From contig SHZC01000003.1 in assembly GCA_009692505.1 (NCBI GenBank), forward strand, positions 9,169 through 73,168: DNA of 64,000 bases, in the 5' to 3' direction. The stretch is from Myxococcales bacterium (GTDB lineage: Bacteria > Myxococcota_A > Bradymonadia > UBA7976 > UBA1532). The notes beneath the pieces were generated by a model, which was not told the origin of the DNA, did not search any database, and saw nothing but the letters and a program-made list of their open reading frames with translations. The position numbers were made by a program, and so were the translations under genes. Each line of letters opens with the position of its first letter. Position 1 is the stretch's first letter. Positions 59,002 to 64,000 of the stretch are shown here, in pieces.

Positions 59002-61980
59002 ATGACCGGAGTGAACGACTTGCGCTTCAACGCGTTGAAATCCTTACTTGTTCTCGTTCTCCTCGCGTCCCCCGCGAAGGCCGACCCTTGGGCCCACCGT
59101 TCATATCCTGACGGCGCGGGGCAGGTGGCGTTCGCGCCGTCAAAGACCTACCTCCTCGTCGAGCCTACGCCCGGGCTGATGCCGGGCATGCTTCAGACCG
59201 CCGTCACGAGCGCGCACAAGACCGCCCGCCTCGTGCGAACCCGGACCTACTTCGACCACCGCTGGGCGCTTCAGCTCGACGGTCTGAAAAGTCACGACGA
59301 ACTTCGTCAGCTGGGCGACGCGCTCATCGAGTCCGGACACCTCCGCCGCGTCTGGCCCGCCCTGACCCGCAGCACCGGCGTGGCCTTCACCGACGAAAAC
59401 CTCGCCTTCCGCGCGGTCAGGCCGCTGAGCCCGGAGCAAATCACGAAGGCCGGCCTGACCGACGTGCGTGAGACGGTCCTCCCCTCAGTCTATCGGGCGC
59501 GCGCGCTCAACGCCGACGCGATCGGTGCGGCCCACTTGGTCAAGCAACTTGACGAGGTCTCTTGGGCCGAGCCCGACCTGATCCGGGACGTTGCGCCCTA
59601 CGGCCTGCCGGACGATCCGCGCCTGGCCGACCAGTGGCACCTCGACAACGACGAAGACCGGGGCGACATCGACGCCGGTGGGGCTTGGCAGCTCACGACG
59701 GGCGTTAGGGACGTGGTCGTCGGCATCTTCGACACCGGCTTCGACCTGGACCATCCCGACCTCCTCGACAACTTCGTCGGCGGCTTTGACGCGGCCGGGG
59801 GAGACGGCATCCCCGAGGCCGGATGTAGCGTCTCGCCCGACGGCGCCGGGCCCTCGGCTCAGTGTCCGCAGCAGGCCCCTTTCCGCGAGAGTCACGGCAC
59901 GGCGGTCGCAGGGGTCGCCGCGGCGAAGGGCGGAAACGGGCGTTTGGGCACGGGCGTCTGCCCGGACTGCGCGATCTTCCCCGTGCGCCTGCTGGGCGAC
60001 GGCGGGGCGTTCCGCTCCTTGAGCAACGCCGAGGCCTTCCGACGCGCCGCCGACGAAGGCGTCGACATCATCAACAACTCCTGGGGGCCGAGCCTGACCC
60101 GTTTCTTCCCGCTCGCTCAGTCGGAGCGTGAGGCCATGGCGTTCGTGACCCGCGAGGCGAACGAAGGCCGCGGCATCGCCGTCTTCTTCGCCGCAGGTAA
60201 CGACTTCTTCACGCCCGCGACCGCCAACCCCTATGCCAGCTACTTCGACAATATGGCCGTCGCCGCGAGCACCCGCAAAGACGACTTCGCCTGCTACAGC
60301 GACTATGGCGACGTGATCGCGTTCGCCGCCCCCAGCCAGGGCTGCTTCGACAACGAGCCGGGCATCGCGACCTCGGACTACGTCGGGGCCGAAGGCTATA
60401 GCGGGGACGACTTCACGACGGCCTTCGGAGGCACGAGCGCGGCGAGCCCCGTGGCGGCCGGGCTCGCCGGGCTGATCCTCTCGGCGAACCAGAACCTCAC
60501 AGCCCAGCAGGTCAAGCTCATTCTTCAGGTCACCGCCGAGAAGATCCGGGCCGACCAGAACGACTGGCAGCGTCTGCTCGGCGTCGATCTCGAGGTCGAG
60601 TTCGAGTACGACGAGCGGGGCTTCAGCAAGGGCTTCGGCTATGGGCGCATCAACGCGGCCGCCGCCGTGGCAATGGCCATCGACGCCCCCCCGCTCACCG
60701 GCGCGGTCTGCGACGCGATGTGCCCTCAGTGCTTCGACGGCCGCTGCGCGCCTGTCTGCGCCGCCGACATCGACTGCCCGGGCGCGTCGAAGTGCCGCGA
60801 CCTCGACCTCGAGGTCCTGACTCTCCCGGGTCGAATCGGCATGGAGCCTCCCGTCGGCATGGGCCGCTTGGGCTGCGTCATTCCGAGGCCCGGCCCCACG
60901 GCCGTCGGTCAGCCGTGCTCCAACGACTGCGAGCGCTGCGTCCGCACCGTCGACAGCGAGTTCGAGACCGTCGACATCTGCACCGCCAACTGCGAGAACG
61001 ACGAGAGTTGCCCCTTCGGCTTCGACTGCCGCTCCGTCGAGAGCGATATGCCGACGGTCTGCGTGCCCGGTAACGCCGAGTGCGGCGCTGAGTGGGGCTC
61101 GGTCCGGTGCCAGAGCGAGGTCCGGGTCTCAGCGGGCGGCAACGACTTCTGCTCCTGCGAGTGCGTCCCCGGCGACTCGAGCTCCTGCCCCGACGGCTTC
61201 GACTGCTCATGGGTCACCTGCGACCAGACCCGAGACGGCATCGTCTGCGTCAGCAGCTCCCAGCGAGAGTCCAACTACTACCCGGTCTGCTTGCCCGACC
61301 CCGACTTCGAGGCCCCCTGTGAGCGACATGTGGACTGCGGTGGGGGTCTGTTTTGCATCGATGGCAACTGCGCGGTCGACAGCGGCGCCGGAGGCTGCGA
61401 CGCCTGCACCGCCTGTGACAACGACGCCGACTGCGAGCGCGCCGAGGACTGCGTGGACACGGGCACACGGGGCAAGCGCTGCCTCACGCCGTGCCAGCTC
61501 GGAGACGAGTGCCCCGGCAATACGGCGTGCACCAACGTGCCGGGTCCGCCGGACACGTATTGCCTCAACGACAACGTCTCGACCAAGGGGATGTGCCCCC
61601 GTGGCTGGCGATGTGAGATGCCCGGCCGCTGCTTCGGCGAGGCCGACTGCGATGACGGCGTCGCCTGTGTCGACAACGTCTGCCAGGACGTTGTGATCGA
61701 GGCACCCGATGCCGCCGCGCCCGACGCCGCGATCCCCGATGCGACCGTTCTACCGGCCGACGCGGACACGGCGACCGACGACGCCGCGCTCAGCGAGACG
61801 GACGCGGCAGAGCCCGACGCCGACGAGGGCGGGAACGAGCGACCGGCGACCTCTGACGGCTGCCAGCTCGCCCCGGGCACGGCGCCCACTTCTTTCCTGC
61901 TCGCGCTTTTGACACTCTCGGTCTTGGCCGCAGCCCGCGGTCGTCGACGCCGGGGTTTGAAGTGGTCCCAAACGCCCTAA
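59002..61980 (+). CDS. Secreted S8 (subtilisin-family) serine peptidase with Cys-rich C-terminal region and MYXO-CTERM-like sorting tail
   Basis: Signal peptide. The catalytic triad contexts are VGIFDTGFDLDHPDL (Asp), HGTAVAGVAAA (His) and GGTSAASPVAAGLAGL (Ser). A Cys-rich region of about 400 aa follows. The tail is GCQLAPGTAPTSFLLALLTLSVLAAARGRRRRG. Confidence 0.85.
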   Translation: MTGVNDLRFNALKSLLVLVLLASPAKADPWAHRSYPDGAGQVAFAPSKTYLLVEPTPGLMPGMLQTAVTSAHKTARLVRTRTYFDHRWALQLDGLKSHDELRQLGDALIESGHLRRVWPALTRSTGVAFTDENLAFRAVRPLSPEQITKAGLTDVRETVLPSVYRARALNADAIGAAHLVKQLDEVSWAEPDLIRDVAPYGLPDDPRLADQWHLDNDEDRGDIDAGGAWQLTTGVRDVVVGIFDTGFDLDHPDLLDNFVGGFDAAGGDGIPEAGCSVSPDGAGPSAQCPQQAPFRESHGTAVAGVAAAKGGNGRLGTGVCPDCAIFPVRLLGDGGAFRSLSNAEAFRRAADEGVDIINNSWGPSLTRFFPLAQSEREAMAFVTREANEGRGIAVFFAAGNDFFTPATANPYASYFDNMAVAASTRKDDFACYSDYGDVIAFAAPSQGCFDNEPGIATSDYVGAEGYSGDDFTTAFGGTSAASPVAAGLAGLILSANQNLTAQQVKLILQVTAEKIRADQNDWQRLLGVDLEVEFEYDERGFSKGFGYGRINAAAAVAMAIDAPPLTGAVCDAMCPQCFDGRCAPVCAADIDCPGASKCRDLDLEVLTLPGRIGMEPPVGMGRLGCVIPRPGPTAVGQPCSNDCERCVRTVDSEFETVDICTANCENDESCPFGFDCRSVESDMPTVCVPGNAECGAEWGSVRCQSEVRVSAGGNDFCSCECVPGDSSSCPDGFDCSWVTCDQTRDGIVCVSSSQRESNYYPVCLPDPDFEAPCERHVDCGGGLFCIDGNCAVDSGAGGCDACTACDNDADCERAEDCVDTGTRGKRCLTPCQLGDECPGNTACTNVPGPPDTYCLNDNVSTKGMCPRGWRCEMPGRCFGEADCDDGVACVDNVCQDVVIEAPDAAAPDAAIPDATVLPADADTATDDAALSETDAAEPDADEGGNERPATSDGCQLAPGTAPTSFLLALLTLSVLAAARGRRRRGLKWSQTP

Positions 61981-62372
61981 GAACTTGGTTCGTCGTTCAC
62001 TTCATCGCCGACTGGCTCTTCGCGCTCCCGATGTTTTTCATCCCCGTGGAGTTCATGCAGCTCCTCGGCTGGGACTGCGTCGATCCGGTCGCCACGCGCA
62101 TCGCCGCTGCGGCCCTCTTCGGGATCGGCACGCAGTCGTTCCTCGACCGGAACGCCACGATCGCCAGCTTCAAGACCATGCTGGAGATGAAGATGATCTG
62201 GTCGGGGACGGCGAGCGTCGGGCTGCTCTGGTCGGCCTTGACGGGCTCACCCCCGATGACGTGGGGGCTCCTGCTCGTCTTCGTCGGGTTCAACGCCAAC
62301 TGGACTTATTGGCGTCTGCGCCTCGCTCGGCCCTTCACGGGCTCCGTGGGCGCACCGCCCCCTTCAGCGTGA
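61962..62372 (+). CDS. Small integral membrane protein (hypothetical)
   Basis: 136 aa with a GTG start overlapping the peptidase 3' end by 19 nt. Four predicted hydrophobic helices (WFVVHFIADWLFALPMFFIPV, IAAAALFGIG, IWSGTASVGLLW, WGLLLVFVGFNA). Confidence 0.35.
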   Translation: MVPNALRTWFVVHFIADWLFALPMFFIPVEFMQLLGWDCVDPVATRIAAAALFGIGTQSFLDRNATIASFKTMLEMKMIWSGTASVGLLWSALTGSPPMTWGLLLVFVGFNANWTYWRLRLARPFTGSVGAPPPSA

Positions 62373-64000
62373 TGACAACCTCCTCATCGAGAAGCCGCTG
62401 GAGCGCGAGGGCCTGCTCCCGCTCGGCGACATAGTCCGTCGGGGCGAGGCGCTCGCAGGTCATCGCGGCCCGCTGCTCGACTTTGAGGTGGCCGTCCTTC
62501 GCCGTCACGGTCCGCTCGAAATCCACACATCGGGACGTCAGCTTCGCCGTCGTGGGTTGGTGCTGCAGGACCGCCCCCTCGGGTAAAGTAAAGTCCATTG
62601 ACCATTTCAGCGTGCGCGGTGAGCCCAGGAGGAGCGCGTGCCGACGGGTGCTCAGCGCAAAGAGCCCCGCGACCCCCCACCCCGTCGGGAGCTTCATGCG
62701 GAGCGTCTCGCCTTCCTTGCGTCCGAGGGTCGGGAGGTCGACGCCAAACTCGACGACCGCCGGGACCCGGAGATCAGTGACCTCAACGGCGCGAGCGTCG
62801 TGGGTATGAGCGCCTGCGAGCGTCGCGCCGAGCTGCTGCTGAACCATCTGGGCCAGCTGCTCCCCGTTGCGCCCGGCTTTCCTTAAAGAGGCCCCCACGC
62901 GCCCTCGCGCCGACATCCGCATCAAGCCCTTGCCCGAGCCATCCGCCGAGAGGGTCAGCGTCGAGGTGACGACGGACTCGTCTTTGCCCGGGTCCTGGAA
63001 CGGGATCTCGCGGAACGTGTGCCCTGCCGCGCTCGGCTCAAACGGATTCATCACCATCGACCACGTCCCCTGATCATCATGGCGGAGGATGTCCGGATCG
63101 AGGAGTTCGACGGTCGGGTCGAAGAACCGCCCCTCTTCGACCCCGCTCTGCTTGGGGACGTAGACGATCGCGTGATTGAACTGCTGCATCGGCACGCCGC
63201 GGACCACGGGCCCGGCGTCGCGTGTACGAACGAGCGCGAAGTGGGCCTCGATGCCGGCGATGCGAGCGAGCGTGATGAACAAGACCGCCTTGTCTTTGCA
63301 GTCGCCGTATCGCCGGGCCACGACCACGGGCGCGGCGTGGGGTTTGACGCCCGCGATGAAGCGCTCGTAGTCCTGCTGATAACGAATCTCGTTGGACGTC
63401 CAGTCCTGCAGCCGCGAGAGCTTCTCCTCGACAGTGGTGGCCCCGGCGAAGAGCCGATCGGCCAGGGCGCGCACCTCGGGGCTCTCACGGAAGGCGTCCT
63501 TGAGCAGCGACGCCTCCCACTGCACGAAGACGTCCCAGCTCGGCACCGTTGAGACGACGAGGTTGGGTGCGACCTCAGCCAGGGTGGGCATCATGGGCTC
63601 GGCGACGACGGGCTCCGTGTCCACGGCCGACCAGACAACCCTCGTCAGCCCGCCGATCTCGGTCGCGGTCCGCTCGAAAGTGCCAAAGTGCTCCTCGAGC
63701 AGCCGAGTCCCCGTCGCGGCATAGAAGACCCAGCGAGACAGCTTCGTTTGGGACTGGGGGGCCGAGAACCACCACTGCCTCGCGAGGTGGCCGTCCAGGT
63801 ACCCATCGGGTGCCGAGTCGATCCGGTACTGGAGCACGACCGTCGTGCCGACGCTGAGCTGCCTGAATCTGACGGACGAACCGCGGATCGTCGAGGCCTC
63901 CGTGCGCCGCCCCTCGGGGTCCACGGCGTAGGCCGAGAGCACCCGTGAGCGGCCATCTCCCCTCATCGAGAGCCGCGTGAGTCGGTCGCGCCCGGCGTCG
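62335..64000 (-). CDS. Transglutaminase-like cysteine protease domain protein with N-terminal DUF3857-like region (runs off the right edge)
   Basis: The transglutaminase core is RRYGDCKDKAVLFITLARIAGIEAHFALV (catalytic Cys) with downstream HAIVYV and D. The frame stays open from 63966 to the window end, so the true start is probably outside the window. Confidence 0.75.
   Translation of the reverse strand, partial: DAGRDRLTRLSMRGDGRSRVLSAYAVDPEGRRTEASTIRGSSVRFRQLSVGTTVVLQYRIDSAPDGYLDGHLARQWWFSAPQSQTKLSRWVFYAATGTRLLEEHFGTFERTATEIGGLTRVVWSAVDTEPVVAEPMMPTLAEVAPNLVVSTVPSWDVFVQWEASLLKDAFRESPEVRALADRLFAGATTVEEKLSRLQDWTSNEIRYQQDYERFIAGVKPHAAPVVVARRYGDCKDKAVLFITLARIAGIEAHFALVRTRDAGPVVRGVPMQQFNHAIVYVPKQSGVEEGRFFDPTVELLDPDILRHDDQGTWSMVMNPFEPSAAGHTFREIPFQDPGKDESVVTSTLTLSADGSGKGLMRMSARGRVGASLRKAGRNGEQLAQMVQQQLGATLAGAHTHDARAVEVTDLRVPAVVEFGVDLPTLGRKEGETLRMKLPTGWGVAGLFALSTRRHALLLGSPRTLKWSMDFTLPEGAVLQHQPTTAKLTSRCVDFERTVTAKDGHLKVEQRAAMTCERLAPTDYVAEREQALALQRLLDEEVVITLKGAVRPRSP

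Overview
GC-rich bacterial chromosomal segment. No search was run, so every family call rests on motif recognition from memory. The protein content suggests Myxococcota: an S8 protease with a MYXO-CTERM-like tail, an MXAN_5187-type membrane protein, Cys-rich DxDxDG-repeat lipoproteins and an FG-GAP propeller. About 50 genes are present, mostly housekeeping. Most lie on the minus strand in long operons joined by ATGA/GTGA start-stop overlaps. In coordinate order, each run is transcribed right to left: (1) recJ, secF, secD, yajC, tgt, queA. (2) A roughly 10 kb chain: CoA-transferase A, class III aminotransferase, C45/AAT-type Ntn hydrolase, aminotransferase-GNAT-aminotransferase fusion, aldehyde dehydrogenase, UDG, two mini-ORFs, coaBC; CoA-transferase subunit B sits convergently on the plus strand. 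(3) NUDIX CoA pyrophosphatase, a secreted protein, udk. (4) rfbH-like 3-dehydrase, SDR, nadD::DUF2520, a hypothetical gene, namZ. (5) pfkB, mtnP, rlmN, ndk, sucD, sucC, icd. Accessory-looking parts are: a SauUSI-like (PLD nuclease + helicase + DUF3427) type IV restriction gene with a convergent PD-(D/E)XK-like gene at 17.9-21.6 kb; a lower-GC relic with a start-less PIN-like frame at 26.25-26.84 kb; an isolated FliN-like gene carrying a CheY-docking peptide at 46.6-47.0 kb; and a three-gene cluster of secreted CxxCH (PSCyt1-like) and Cys-rich repeat lipoproteins at 50.9-54.9 kb. Perfect tandem repeat arrays sit at three intergenic junctions: a triplicated stop-start junction between coaBC and udg, 3 x 21 bp between sucD and ndk, and 5.65 x 23 bp between icd and a histidine kinase. 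No rRNA, tRNA, CRISPR array, transposase or integrase was recognised. The best candidates for undescribed biology are the translationally chained acyl-amine-type catabolic operon, with its tri-domain fusion and C45 hydrolase, and the triplicated reinitiation junction feeding it. Many long ORFs in the supplied track are antisense artefacts typical of high-GC DNA.
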